Source of the DNA: Macrostomum lignano
Taxonomy: Eukaryota
Length of the DNA: 64,000 bases
Reading direction: 5' to 3'
Assembly (NCBI GenBank): GCA_002269645.1
Contig: NIVC01000040.1
Coordinates: 248,001 to 312,000 of the forward strand
In this document: positions 15,231 through 27,211 of the stretch, one piece after another
Position numbering within the stretch: position 1 is the stretch's first letter
Layout: each line of letters opens with the position of its first letter
Position numbers and translations under genes: made by a program
The notes under the pieces: model-generated
Told to the model about the DNA's origin: nothing
Seen by the model: the letters and a program-made list of their open reading frames with translations, nothing else
The model's database searches: none

Positions 15231-15313
15231 GTCTGTCTGCGTGTCCGTCTGTCATAGTGTCTGTCTGTCTGTCTTCCTGTCTGCCTGTCTGTCTGTCTGT
15301 CTGTGTGACTTAG

Positions 15314-15352
<39 letters not shown>

Positions 15353-18300
15353 GTCTGTCTGCGTGTCCGTCTGTCATAGTGTCTGTCTGTCTGTCTGTCC
15401 GTGTTTCTATGCTGCACAGCAAGCGAGCAAAAAAGCTGACAGACCCCTACTCTAGCGTCATTTTCTAGTCAACTGAGCAGCCACGGCACTAGCCAGCAGC
15501 ATAACCAGACAGGTGCTCGACAGGTGTGTTTGCAGAGAAAATTACACACGCGCAGGATTCGAGGGTGGTGAGCAGTCCCCTCTTATAATTACGGGGACTT
15601 AGTGCAGCGCATGCAAAGGATCAAAGAAAGCCCGGAGGGCGACAAAAAGAGAGTGGAGGAGCTGAAAAGGAATAGGCAAAATTATTTCCAAATATGGCAA
15701 ATGTGAAAGCCGTGGGTCAGGGGGGGGGCGGACTGAAATAAAAAAATAAGTCAACGAAAAAGCCCTAATCGACAATTGACAAAATTAGAATTTTTTCCGG
15801 AATCGCTGGAATCTTGCGGAAAAAGAGTGGCGTCCTGCTCCGATTGGCGAAGGCCATATTTGGAAATTGTCGTGAGCATGGACTGTGAATAAATGCTTTT
15901 AAAGGATTTGGCAGTTGATACTCAAATCGGAATCAATTAATCAATCAATCAAGAAGTCAATCAACTAATCAATCAATCACGAAGTCAATCCATCAATCAA
16001 TTAATCAATCAATTAATCAATCAAGAAGTCAATCAATCCAGCAATCAATCAATCAAGAAGTCAATCAATTCACCAATCAATGAATCAATCAATCCACTAA
16101 TCAATCAATTAATCAATTAATCAATCAATCAATCAATTAATCAAGAAGTCAATCAATCAATACACCAACCAATCAATCAATCCACCAAGCAACCAATCAA
16201 TTAATCAATCAATCCACTAATAAACTAATAAAGCAGCCAATTAATTAATCAAACTGTCAATCAAACAGTTAATAAATCAATCATGATGACTAAACGAACC
16301 CACCAATCAATCAATCATCAATCAGACCAAATGCAGCAGCTGCTTACCTCCTTAGCAATGGACGAAGCGGCCGAACGGCCAAACGTGATGGAAGCGGGGC
16401 CGGCGCTGCTGCTGACGCCAGCGGCCGTGCTAACGCTGGACCTGTGCTGGGCCAGAGCCGCCTGCGGCTGCTGCATCAGGCTGCCCTGCCTGCTAAATGA
16501 AGGCGGTTGTACAGCCGCTGAAGCCGGCGCCGCCGCGGCCGCCACAGACGTGGATAATTGTCTAGCCGACGATCGAAATCCGGGACGATGCTGCTGATGA
16601 GGCGGAGGCTGAGATTTCAACGCTATCGCGGCTCCTCCACCGCCAGAGGCGCCGCCGCCTCGGTTCCTCGGCATAGTCGCATAAGAATAGGCACTCCTAG
16701 ACGGTAGAAAGCCGCCGTCGCTGGTGCTGGCGCCGTCGTCATTAATTAACCGACCATTGGACGCTGTTCTAGAATGATGCTGATAGCCAGGCGGCCTCTG
16801 CAGAGTTCTCCTGGACGAAGGCGTCCTAGTGAAGGACCGCTCTAGCCTAGGCCGGCGTTTCAACTCTTCGGCAGCTTGATGCTCGGTTCGACCGGAATAG
16901 CGAAATTTTGAGCCGCCAACAAGCCCGAGGATGGCGCCGGATTGTTGCGGCGCTGGCGGCCGGTGCAATCGAAAGAATGCGTGATGCTCTACGCAGGTTT
17001 GCCAAAGCCACTTGCATGCCCGGCTGCTCGCCAGGCTGAAAGTCAGAGTCTGGGTCGCTCCAGTAGAGTCTCGAACTGATAGCAGGAAATTCTTCCGTTT
17101 GAAACTGATTTTCAATAGGCTGAGCCAAGAGTACAAGTGAAGGCGTTGCGGCCCGCGGAACACAGCCACGCCGGAGGCGTTTACGCCTACTTGCATCTCC
17201 GTCTTCTCGGCGTCCTGCGGCGTTGCCATGGCGACGGGGGAGGATTAGGAAATTTTTAGCAAATCCTAGTTTTTACGACAAGGACTAAGTTAAGAGAGCA
17301 GAATATTGAGATGGGGATCAGAACACTGAGATGGGGATCAGGGCACTGAGGTGGGGATCAGGGCACTGAGATGGGGATCAGAACACTGATATGGGGATCA
17401 GGGCACTGAGGTGGGGATCAGGGCACTGAGATGGGGATCAGAACACTGAGATGGGGATCAGGGCACTGAGGTGGGGATCAGGGCACTGAGATGGGGATCA
17501 GAACACTGAGATGGGGATCAGGGCACTGAGGTGGGGATCAGGGCACTGAGATGGGGATCAGAACACTGAGATGGGGATCAGGGCACTGAGGTGGGGATCA
17601 GGGCACTGAGATGGGGATCAGAACACTGAGATGGGGATCAGGGCACTGAGGTGGGGATCAGGGCACTGAGATGGGGATCAGAACACTGAGATGGGGATCA
17701 GAACACTGAGATGGGGATCAGGGCACTGAGATGGGGATCAGGGCACTGAGGTGGGGATCAGGGCACTGAGATGGGGATCAGAACACTGAGATGGGGATCA
17801 GGGCACTGAGATAGGGATCAGAACATTGAGATGGGGATCAGGGCACTGAGATGGGATCAGAGCACTGAGATGAGGATCAGATCATGGAGAACAGAACCGA
17901 TATATAGGGATCATGACAGAATGAAACTCACAGTGACAGGAAACAGGAAGCAGCCGTAGTGCTCCAACTGCCTGGCGGTGTGTAGAAAGCTCAACTCGGC
18001 ACAAGCTGGCGTGAGGCTTCTGTAAAATTATATTTTTTTGTGAAAGACGGTTTAAATTTCATGTCTAATGTAGTTTTGAATTATACTACTTATAGTAAAA
18101 ATGACAGCGTTTTCTGTAGAATATTATAACCATACTGAATTTTTAATATCCATGGAGAAAATTCATGCGGTAAATTGTGGTTATGAAATCCTATTTATTA
18201 GAACTTAATATAGTCACGTTATGACTGCTGCAAGCACTTATGCTATGCCTTTTGATGGCAAAGGATTTTGCAGCAGCTTCGAGCATGACAAATAATTTAA

Positions 18301-20822
18301 AGAATGGAATTTCGGATTTGAGTCTAGAAATGGGGATCAGAGTCTGGAAATGGAGATCCGAATCAAGGAATGGGGATCAGAGTCAGGAAATGGGGATCAG
18401 AATCGGGAGTTGGGGATTAGAATTGGGAAATGGGGATCAGAGTCGGGAAATGGGGATCAGAATCAGGATATGTGGATAAGAATTAAGAAATGGGGATCAG
18501 AGTCGGGATATGGGAATCAGAATCAGGAAATGGGGATCAGAGTTAGGATATGGGGATCAGAATTTGGATATGGGGATCAGAGTCGGGAAATGGGGAACAT
18601 AATCAGGAAATTGGGATCAGAATCGGGATATGTGGATAAGAATTAAGAAATAGGGATCAGAGTATTGATAAAACGGAAACTAGAAATAAACATAGAATTG
18701 TAGAATTATTATGCGAACTTTGAAAAGCCATTTCTTTCACATGGCAATTACGATTATTAACACCAATAATTCGATTGATCTAGTCATGTTTTGACTGCAG
18801 CAACTATAAAAATATTAGTTAAACAAGTTGAAGCAGCTTCGAGCATGACAGTTCTGATTTACAATACAAAAATGCTGAAATTCATCACTCTTTTACCTGT
18901 GCTTCTGATGCAACAGGGCTACATCTTTCTCAAACGCAGGCGTCTGATTGGGCAAGAATCTAAAATCGCCAACGTAACCATCTCTGTGTTGCTCGGCATT
19001 GTAATCGCCTAATTCTGACTGCAGAGCGTAGCTGGCTAGCAGTACGGCCGTATCGTAGGGGCATAGCAACCGACCCGAGAGTAGGTCCTTTTTCAACTGT
19101 AGGAAAAAATGATAGCGAGTGTACTCCTCCTGTAAGCGCGACGGGTCCGAGGCGTAGAACTTCACGCCGAAGTGAAAGTTGTAGGGCGGCGGCACTGCAA
19201 TGTCAATGGGATTGAGTTGGTTGTGACTGATCCCAACTGGGGATTTGCATTGATCCCTGATCCCAACTGGGGATTTTTACTGATCCCTGATACCAACTGG
19301 GGATTCTTATTGATCCCTGATCCCCACTGGGGATTCTTACTGATCCCAGATCCCAACTGGGGATTTGCATTGATTCCAGATCCCGACTTGGGATTCTCAT
19401 TGATCCCTGATCCCAACTGGGAATTCTTACTGATCCCAGATCCCAACTGGGGATTTGCTTTGATCCCTGATCACAACTGGGGATTCTTACTGATCCCTGA
19501 TCCCAAATTGGGTTTTTTGACTGACCCCTGATACCAACTGGGGATTCTTACTGATCCCAAGTCCCAACTGGGGGTTCTTTTTGATTCCAGATCCCGACTT
19601 GGGATTCTCATTGATCCCTGATCCCAACTGGGAATTCTTACTGATCCCAGATCCCAACTGGGGATTTGCATTGATCCCTGATCTGTCGATCACAACTGGG
19701 GATTCTTAATGATCCTTGATCTCAACTATGGATTTTTATTGATTCTGATCCCTACTGTGGATTCTTACTGATCCCTGATCCCAACTGGGGATTTTTACTG
19801 ATCTCTGATCCCAACAGGGGATTCTCATTGATCTCTGATCCCAACTGGGAATTCTTGCTGATCCCTGATTCCAACTGGGGATTTGCATTGATCCCTATTT
19901 GGGATATCACAGTGGATTTGAATTCATCCCAACTGAATGCAGAATGCCGATAGATCCCATCACGCAAAAGTACAAAAAAGACCAAAATACAAACGCACCA
20001 TGTTTCAACTGCTTTCGCAGCGGCTTGGTCGGGTCCACCCAGCGCTGTAAAAAGTGGAACAATAAGAAAAATAATTATAAATAATATTTTATGCAAATAC
20101 TACTGATATAAGCTTTGAAAAGATGAAAAAAAAGCCACCTTACCTTAGAATTTGGTTCATCCTGAAACTCTAAGCCAAAATAGTCGCGTTCAAGCAATTC
20201 CAGATATTCGAATACGGAGTCCAATAAAGCTTGGCCTTTGCATTTTCTCTGAAAACATTTTGCAGAAGTTCAATATAGCATATGATAAATAATAATAATC
20301 CATATTTCTGGGCGTTTAATTACGTCAAGATTACAAAAAGTGACTTTCGAATTTAGACTTCACGCTACCTAAAGTACATTTTATCGAGATTTCAGGTACC
20401 ATTGAAGTACATTCTTTATGCTTGTAGAATTCATAAAAGTACTTTTAAATAACCAATATTCTAAAAACTATCGAATTACTTTCAACATAAATATTCGATA
20501 TTATGTTTTAAAAAGTACATTTCAATTTAGAGTTTATATCCATAAAAGTACTTATCGATGAAGATAAGTACATTTTTAATCTGTATGAAAGACTACTGAT
20601 TAACTTTTCAATTAGGATTCACTTAAGTTAACCTAACGTTAACGTTAACGGAAATATCATTAAAAGATCAATACATTAAAAATAAGTGCTCACATCAACA
20701 TCGAACGAAGTGTGCGTATCGTCCAGAAAGATGACGATACACCTGACCTGATTAGCTGGCTCCTGACGGCTGGCCGCCTCAGTCCTGGCTACGTGGTAAC
20801 TGCCTATGAAGCGGAACGACAT
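9730..20822 (-). CDS. PTPN4: FERM-PDZ-PTP non-receptor tyrosine phosphatase (PTPN3/PTPN4, PTP-MEG family), 10 coding exons, about 1025 aa
   Basis: Exons 20694-20822, 20144-20248, 19999-20044, 18897-19194, 17932-18019, 16348-17214, 13604-13813, 12591-13131, 11187-11605 and 9730-10104 all have GT-AG borders with compatible phases and sum to 3078 nt. FERM, FERM-adjacent, PDZ ([10 protein letters not shown]), [18 protein letters not shown] and QTPSQF motifs are intact. Confidence 0.93.
10140..11165. repeat. 24-bp minisatellite (CACCTGTACACCCCGCTAACCAGG)n filling PTP intron 9
   Basis: Read directly; about 40 copies. Confidence 0.95.
11187..11605 (-). CDS. PTPN4: PTPN3/4-like exon 9 (YDATRVTL...DYINAS...YIAAQGPL...KCHQYWP...RERQ)
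   Basis: AACAG| acceptor, |GTGAGT donor, phase 1 to 0. Confidence 0.93.
11700..12575. repeat. (GACA)n microsatellite followed by a 35-bp minisatellite (ACAGAACCAAGACCCTAGACAAAGCCAGCAGTAAC)n in intron 8
   Basis: Read directly; the 35-bp period was checked at 12121/12156. Confidence 0.93.
12591..13131 (-). CDS. PTPN4: PTPN3/4-like exon 8 (PDZ C-half, polyQ linker, start of PTP: KNRYRDISP)
   Basis: CCCCAG| acceptor, |GTGAGT donor. Confidence 0.92.
13190..13575. repeat. About 22-bp minisatellite (TTTCAAAATGGCACTACTTGGA-like) in intron 7
   Basis: Read directly. Confidence 0.9.
13604..13813 (-). CDS. PTPN4: PTPN3/4-like exon 7: PDZ N-half ([35 protein letters not shown]...LHEGDQ); missing from the ORF track
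   Basis: Manual translation; TTTTCGCAG| acceptor, |GTGAAT donor, 210 nt, phase 0-0. Confidence 0.93.
13830..14590. repeat. 35-bp minisatellite (GTAGTTTTGGGGAAAATGAGATTTGGGATAATTGT)n in intron 6
   Basis: Read directly; period checked at 14101/14136. Confidence 0.93.
14701..14814 (-). CDS. Candidate alternative exon of the phosphatase encoding a hydrophobic segment ([38 protein letters not shown])
   Basis: Pyrimidine tract plus TTAG| acceptor, |GTGAGT donor at 14700, 114 nt, phase 0-0, open in the host frame; internal in-frame ATG at 14787. Confidence 0.4.
14875..14914. promoter_or_regulatory. Cluster of three CCAAT boxes (two on -, one on +); possible internal promoter
   Basis: ATTGG at 14875 and 14910, CCAAT at 14895, just upstream of the candidate exon. 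Confidence 0.3.
15060..15400. repeat. (TGTC)n microsatellite
   Basis: Read directly. Confidence 0.93.
15930..16330. repeat. (AATC)n degenerate microsatellite
   Basis: Read directly. Confidence 0.9.
16348..17214 (-). CDS. PTPN4: PTPN3/4-like exon 6: FERM F3, FERM-adjacent region ([10 protein letters not shown]...[11 protein letters not shown]) and low-complexity linker
   Basis: CCGCAG| acceptor, |GTAAGC donor, 867 nt, phase 0-0. Confidence 0.92.
17300..17890. repeat. 20-bp minisatellite (GAGATGGGGATCAGGGCACT) with a 60-bp higher-order period, intron 5
   Basis: The 60-nt lines at 17461, 17521, 17581 and 17641 are identical. Confidence 0.95.
17932..18019 (-). CDS. PTPN4: PTPN3/4-like exon 5 ([29 protein letters not shown]); missing from the ORF track
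   Basis: TTTTACAG| acceptor, |GTGAGT donor; matches the FERM F2/F3 junction. Confidence 0.9.
18320..18670. repeat. 20-bp degenerate minisatellite (GAAATGGGGATCAGAGTCAG-like), intron 4
   Basis: Read directly. Confidence 0.88.
18897..19194 (-). CDS. PTPN4: PTPN3/4-like exon 4 ([35 protein letters not shown]...QSELGDY...LHQKHR)
   Basis: TTGCAG| acceptor, |GTAAAA donor; FERM F1/F2. Confidence 0.94.
19225..19900. repeat. 30-bp minisatellite (GATCCCAACTGGGGATTCTTACTGATCCCT-like), intron 3
   Basis: Read directly. Confidence 0.92.
19999..20044 (-). CDS. PTPN4: PTPN3/4-like exon 3, 46 nt ([15 protein letters not shown])
   Basis: TTTTACAG| acceptor, |GTGCGT donor; matches the FERM RWLDxxKPIRKQLK motif. 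Confidence 0.9.
20144..20248 (-). CDS. PTPN4: PTPN3/4-like exon 2 ([35 protein letters not shown])
   Basis: TTTCAG| acceptor, |GTAAGG donor, 105 nt; FERM F1 DYFGL motif. Confidence 0.92.
20694..20822 (-). CDS. PTPN4: PTPN3/4-like first coding exon ([43 protein letters not shown])
   Basis: ATG at 20822, |GTGAGC donor, upstream acceptor TTTTCAG| at 20854 implying a 5'UTR exon or trans-splicing; resembles the PTPN4 N-terminus. Confidence 0.85.
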
Positions 20823-23800
20823 CGCGTGTCATCCTAATTAACTATGTGACTGCCTGAAAAAATAGTCGAAAGCAGGTTTCAGCATAAACTTATTATGATA
20901 TAATCATAATCAAATATGTAATCAACTAATCTAAGCCTTGATTGCTATATTTAGTAGATTGTTATTGCACTTACTACGACTATAATACAATATGCTTAAT
21001 ATAGCAAAGTTTAAGCATCAGAATAGCAGTGTCATTTGCTGGCAATGCTGGCAATTAAAGACCAGGATGTCAGCTGGAGTTGGCTACAAACTTCATAATC
21101 TAAATATAATACTCAAGCCTCTTATTGAAGTAATTATTAATCTTATTTTTATCTTTTAATTTTAGTTTTGCTATACCTATTACATTCATTTGCTACTACA
21201 CCCCTGTATAAACTATGCCTGGATGCATGATTTACCTTATATACTCCCTATTGGAATAAGTGGTATTTTCGCGGACGGCGTCCGGCGCACTTTTTCTTTT
21301 TCCTCATAGTCATGGCGCACAGCAGCTCACAGGTAAGATGCAAGGAGGACATCACGCGCTACATACAGCGCTGCTGAACAAGGATGAGAAGCATGCACAG
21401 GAGAAAGTCAGCAGCACGGTGGAAATTCAGCAAACTGTAAGTAAAACTTGTTTTTCTAATTTCTATAACTTTGATAATATTGCTATGGGCTATAGTATAG
21501 CATATCTCCTATCATATGTATTGATTGCTGTGACATCTAGAATATGCATGCAAGTTAATCGTAAAATTGGAAATTGTAGTTGAAAGATCGCAGCAGAAAT
21601 GTTCTTTATTGCCTCATAAACATTATAACATAGTGCCAAATGCTAATTGCTCTTAATGTTCTCTTATAACGCAGTTGCAAGAAATAAAAAAGTAAACTAA
21701 ATTCTATTAAAAGTCTCAACAAATTTTCTGCTTTGTTTAATTATCTTTTTGATTGGTTGCGCGTACATTTATTTATGCTGACATTTAAATGTGAAAATAT
21801 TCTTCGAAACACCATGCTAAATAGTTATCAGATTTGATAACCCGACCCGAGCCAAAGTGCTACAACTACTACTGAAAAAGTGTGTGGATAAGGCAAAGAC
21901 AATTTTGTTTGTTCGTGAACTCTGTGTTGTTCATCACGGAGTTTCTTCATTTTGTATTAACCGATTAGCCAAATTGAAGTAAAGGGTTTCAGTGTTCGTA
22001 ATTATTTTAAGTACTCACTGATGCAATTGCCACACTATTTACATTATTTATTTTTCTTTGAATAGACCAACAATGTAACTTTGTAAGTCAAAAGACGAGT
22101 AGACTAAGAATTAAGAAATAGATACAACTACAACAGAAGGGGGCAGAAGTACAGTACAGAACAGAGTGCAGTAAAACACAAGTGCGGTAAAACACACAAC
22201 TTTCTCTCAATCTCTTTAAATCTCTCAAAAACGAGTGATGCATCATCAGAATGAACATGATAGAGACTGGAGTCATGCACAATATCACCTAAACCTAGAG
22301 TGCTATGGCACCCTAGGATTTGAAGATTTGAATGACACATCGTCCATACCACCTTAGGATTTGAAGATTGTCATGACGCACCGTCCAGGCCACTTTATGA
22401 TTGCCATGGCGCACTAGATGCACTGTCCACAGTGTCTGAAAACTTATTCCAATAGGGTATATACTTATATGTGCTTAGAAGAGTAAAAGTTATTGCCTGG
22501 TAGCAAATTGTATAGCATGGTCCTCTCATATGCTAGCATCCTAGAATCTATTCCAAACAGTCAATCAGCATAGATTTTTTGAGCTAAGCTTGAGTTGAAT
22601 AGTCATTTAACAAATTTTGAACTGTGAAGTAGTTACTATTGGCTATTATTATACTATATAATTTTATTTATAAACAATAACTAACCAGTTAGGAAAGTGG
22701 CATAAGATATATTAGATACTAGCATAAATTTTTGGAGATTATCTATATTCTAAGTAAAAAAAAACTTAGAATACATAAGTTACACACCCTTAATATCAGG
22801 AAGGTGACAGATTTCACTAGATTTTTTAGTATAAAAGGTTATTTCTCAAGTGCACTTGGCACATTTGGAATAAAAGGAGAAAAAAGGCTTGCAACTTGGC
22901 ACAGTTGGCACATGACCTAGATTTCCTTGATCAGTAATTAATATAACAATTTTGCTAATTTTTATAATATATATTAAATAATTCTTAGCATTTTTGGAAG
23001 TTTGTTAGTTATAATTAGTAACTTTTATGACAATTGTTAATTTTATTACTTTTATTTTATTTTATTTTATAGACTTCTCAAAGTTTAAATTCAATTCAAT
23101 TTGGACAAAAACAAAGCCATTCCAATTGATTAAGTCAAGGACTAGGTAGGAGTAAAAGTAATAATAAATTTAAAAATACTCTTTTTAACATATGTAAGTA
23201 ATAAGCCTTTACCTTGAAAATTTACAAAAATTGAAAAAAAAACTATCTTGGGAAAGATCCTTGGAGAGCTTTAACATTATATATACATTATGTATGGTCT
23301 ACATTCACTTACATATAGACCATATAGACCACTTACATATATTTATATATATATTTCATTCATTTCCATTTTCCTATTGGTAAGGGACCTAGTATTTAAG
23401 AAAATATGCTAAAATAGAAGTATATTATATTACAATCATTCCTTTGTCTTTTGGCCAAGCTTTTATTCTAGCTTGATCTATAGATGTATATCCACTAAAA
23501 AAGCAAGTAGCCAAGCATAAAATAAATACCTTGTTGTATATTTATCTCATTTTTGCATAGCATTATTATCAGCAATGGTTTTTTATTAAACTAATAGTGA
23601 TATATTTGATATATATGGATCTATGGGAATAAATTGGCACAAACACTAAAAAGAATAAAGTTTTTGTATTATGGATAATTCATTTTAAATCTTTTATTAT
23701 ATCAATATTTATAGGCCAAATGATTGATTAAAACAATAATACATAATAATAAAACAATAGCTATTAAGTTGCTAATTAATGATGAAGAGAATAGATATAA

Positions 23801-24779
23801 TAGAGATTCAATGTTGTGCTCATCTTGGTCGTAAACCATTGCTTTTGGCTAGGCCCTTCCTCTCTTCTATGCATTGTTTAGGCTTGTTTTGGACCCATTT
23901 TTATGAGTATTTTAATTATACTCATAGGCCTAGCCTAGCCTATTTATTAAAATGCTGGCTCACTAGCTTAAAAAATATAGGCCTACCTAGGCCTTAGTCT
24001 AGCTCATATACCTAAACTACTACTGTCTAGGCCTATCAGCACAGCACATAACTAGACAAAATTTTAGAAATCATCAGAATAACTATATTTATAACCTTAG
24101 GCTTAGACAGTAGAAGAAAATAAAAGCTTTGATACAGCAATACAATTTTATTGTACAGAGGTAGAGCACATTTGTAAATTCGACACCGGGCTGACGCTCT
24201 GGGTTTGAGTCTGAGACTGTCTGTCACTCTGTCTTGGTTAAGCTAATTATTACAGTAAATATTGTCATTAGCTTCACTCTCACCATCATATAAATCTGCA
24301 ACATCACATCACACCGCATGCACAAACACATAAAACTCCTAAAACAGATTTATTATAAGAAAGGGCAAGGCATAAAAAGCAAAAAGTGACGTTTAAAGTG
24401 AAAATTCTTAAAATACTTTATTATCCATGGAATTAAACCCTTTCCGTTAAGTTAAATTGTTTGCCTCGTTTAACAAAAATACTTTCGGGTATTTAGTAAT
24501 ATACTCTTTAAGATAAAAATAAGACCTCTTGCTAATTTATCTCATCTTTTTTATATTTCCTGAACCAAGATTTTTACCATTGTTCAATAATTTACGTTTT
24601 GTCAAGTCACAGGAGCTTCCATCAGCACAGCAACAATTAAAATTTTTAAGTAACTGTGATTCAGTTACGGATACTACCGAAGTTTTAATGGATAATGAGT
24701 ATTTGGAGTTATGGAAAAATTTTTAGTCACCCTTTATAGGAATTTATTTAACTACTTTATATTTAACCAGCCTAATTGG

Positions 24780-26483
24780 CGCTGATCTCCCGACACTGAG
24801 ATCGACTGTGCCAGACGACTCGTGCAGCGCAATGCTGCTATTTTCAGCAATGAAAGCGATGAAGTCAAGGCTGCACGGGACTCGCTGCAAAAAGAACCTA
24901 TGCGCGGCAAGTTGAAATTTTTATTGAGGAGGCAGTGAAAGAAATTCAGCTTTGCGACCGACAACTGTCGTCATAGTGCTGCCTGCTGGCGTGCTATCAT
25001 GCGATAATACCATGCGAGCAGATGCTGCTGCCGGTGTTGACTTTGACCAAGGGTCTTAAAGCTCTCAGAACTGACTCCAGCGATTACCAGCCTGGCTTAA
25101 CAAGCACTGTATTCTTGGAGGCAACGCCGAAGCCCACCCCCCTGCTCAGTGGCGCATTTCTAAGATAGTATCCATTCCGAAGAAGGGCACCTCCACCAGC
25201 CTGGACAATCAGCGTGGCATAGCACTAGAATGAACCGCGGCCAAGCTACTCAATGCTGTGCTGCGCAACCGCCTTTTGCCTGGGCTGAATCCGCTGCTTC
25301 TCAGCTGGCAAAGTGGTTTCAGACCAGGCAGGTCTACAACTGAGCAGGTTGCAACCATCCGCTGCATCATCGAAGGCTGTAATTAAGACGCACGAGCGTT
25401 CCATCTCAATTGATTTTGTCGACTTCCGCAAAGCGTTCGACTCAGTTGACAGACCTGCACTCCCATGGATTCTATCATACATGGCGTTCCTTCCAAAGAA
25501 CTTGTAGCTGCTGTGATGGACTTGTACAGCGATTCAATAGCGTTTGTTCAGTCGAGCGACGGCCCCACTGAAGAATTCAGCACAACTTCCGGCGTCCTTC
25601 AGGGCGACACGCTGGCTCCACTACTCTTCATTGTTGTGGTAGACTATGTTCTTTGCCGATGCCTGTGTGAAGATGATGGCTATGTGCTGGTCTCACGCCG
25701 AAGCTCCCGACATCCCGCCGTCTCGCTGCCTGCTCTCGCCTATGCTGACTACATTGCCCTTCTGTTTCGCGATCCGGCTGCTGCCCAACGGGCTCTGTCT
25801 AGACTCTACGAAGAGGGCACCCGAGTTGCCTTGGTGATCAACGCATCCAAAACTGAGGTGCTCCACGTGGGCACTGCAACTACCCCTGCGCTAGCTCTTC
25901 CAAATGGAGAAGTCATCAATGTGTGCGAGGACTTCCGCTATCTCGGCTCCCTTGTCTTGAGCCCCGACACCATTGTCTCTGACAGGAGGTCTCAGGCCTG
26001 GCGTGCGGAACGCATGCTCAGGAGCGTCTTCAATTCAACCGCTCGCGACGACCTAAAGATGCGCCTTTTCCGCACTGCCATTGAGCCGATTCTCCTATAT
26101 GGCATGGAGGCTGTGCCAATGACTGCGACGCGACAGCAAGCCCATGGATGCTCACTACAGGTCGCTGCTCCGCTATGCGCCCTGGGGCCTGATGGGACCT
26201 GATGACTCACGCTGGTGTTCCCGCGCTCAGCTGCACTATCCGTAAACGCCGTCAGATGTTACTTGGCCACTGCCTAAGAAGCCACGGCCGCGGCGAGCAA
26301 AATCCTCTGGCGCAGGCTCTCCTGCATCAGCCCACTGAGCGCCTGCGCCGTGGCCAAGGCCGATCTGTGACGGTAAATGATACGTTTCTGGCTGACTTGC
26401 AGGCCATCGGGCTCAGCCCCCAGTCCGCCTTGACTTGCCCCTCGTGGTTGTTCTGCGAACGCGTCCGCGCAAAGTCTAGCTAG
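24780..26483 (+). mobile_element. 5'-truncated, decayed non-LTR retrotransposon (RTE-like reverse transcriptase fragment)
   Basis: Frameshifted pieces: WRISKIVSIPKKG..SLDNQRGIAL, QSGFRPGRSTTEQV, FVDFRKAFDSVDR, GVLQGDTLAPLLF, LAYADY (YADD mutated), INASKTEVL, DFRYLGS. In-frame stops are present. Confidence 0.88.
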
Positions 26484-27211
26484 ATGTCTTTTTGTCTGCT
26501 ACTCTCTGTGTCGCTATATATATACATATACTTTAGTTCGTCAACATTATAAAGAAGATCGCATGGGATGTACATGCGTAACGCAAAGGACGACATATGG
26601 ATATTTTTAAGTCTAAGACAATGAAAAAGCATTTTAAAGTAGCAACTTCGTTTGTCCAAAAAATCGAAAAGCGTCTTGACTCAGGTTGGGTGTCAACCGG
26701 CCTCTAATTCGCCAAATTCCCAATTCGCCGAATTCCCGCGATTCGACGAATCCCGATTCACCGACTTCATATCGAATCCAAGACACTTGGGGTCCATTTA
26801 AATTGCCCGGCCACCGAGATTTGCCAACAGGATCGATTTTTTCCTCTCAGTAGTGCTTACACGCGCCAGAGATTTTGTCTTTTTCATATCTATTATATAC
26901 ATGTACATACTGCAATTAGGGAGTGCATCGATCTTTGGGCTAATAATTCATCAATACGTTATGTCGCTTTGTCCCTAAATCTCTTTATTAAGACTTTATA
27001 CAAAGCACGGGGGGGCAAATGCAGACAAAATCTGCCGCGTGGAGATACCCGGGTGTAAACTTCGACGTCGAATCAGATCGAGTCGAATCGACCGGGACGA
27101 TCTAATTCCTGTGTAAATGCGCTGCAAAAAAAGCTTTGCGCCCAAATCTCGGCAGGTAATTTCATCTGCGGGAAATTCTCGCGTGCTACCGTGCCAGCTG
27201 GACAAGTTTTG

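Noticed and set aside
20300-24750. Long AT-rich block that might hide a 5'UTR exon of the phosphatase or a decayed DNA transposon
   Set aside because: No TIR, TSD, ORF or splice pair could be supported by eye.
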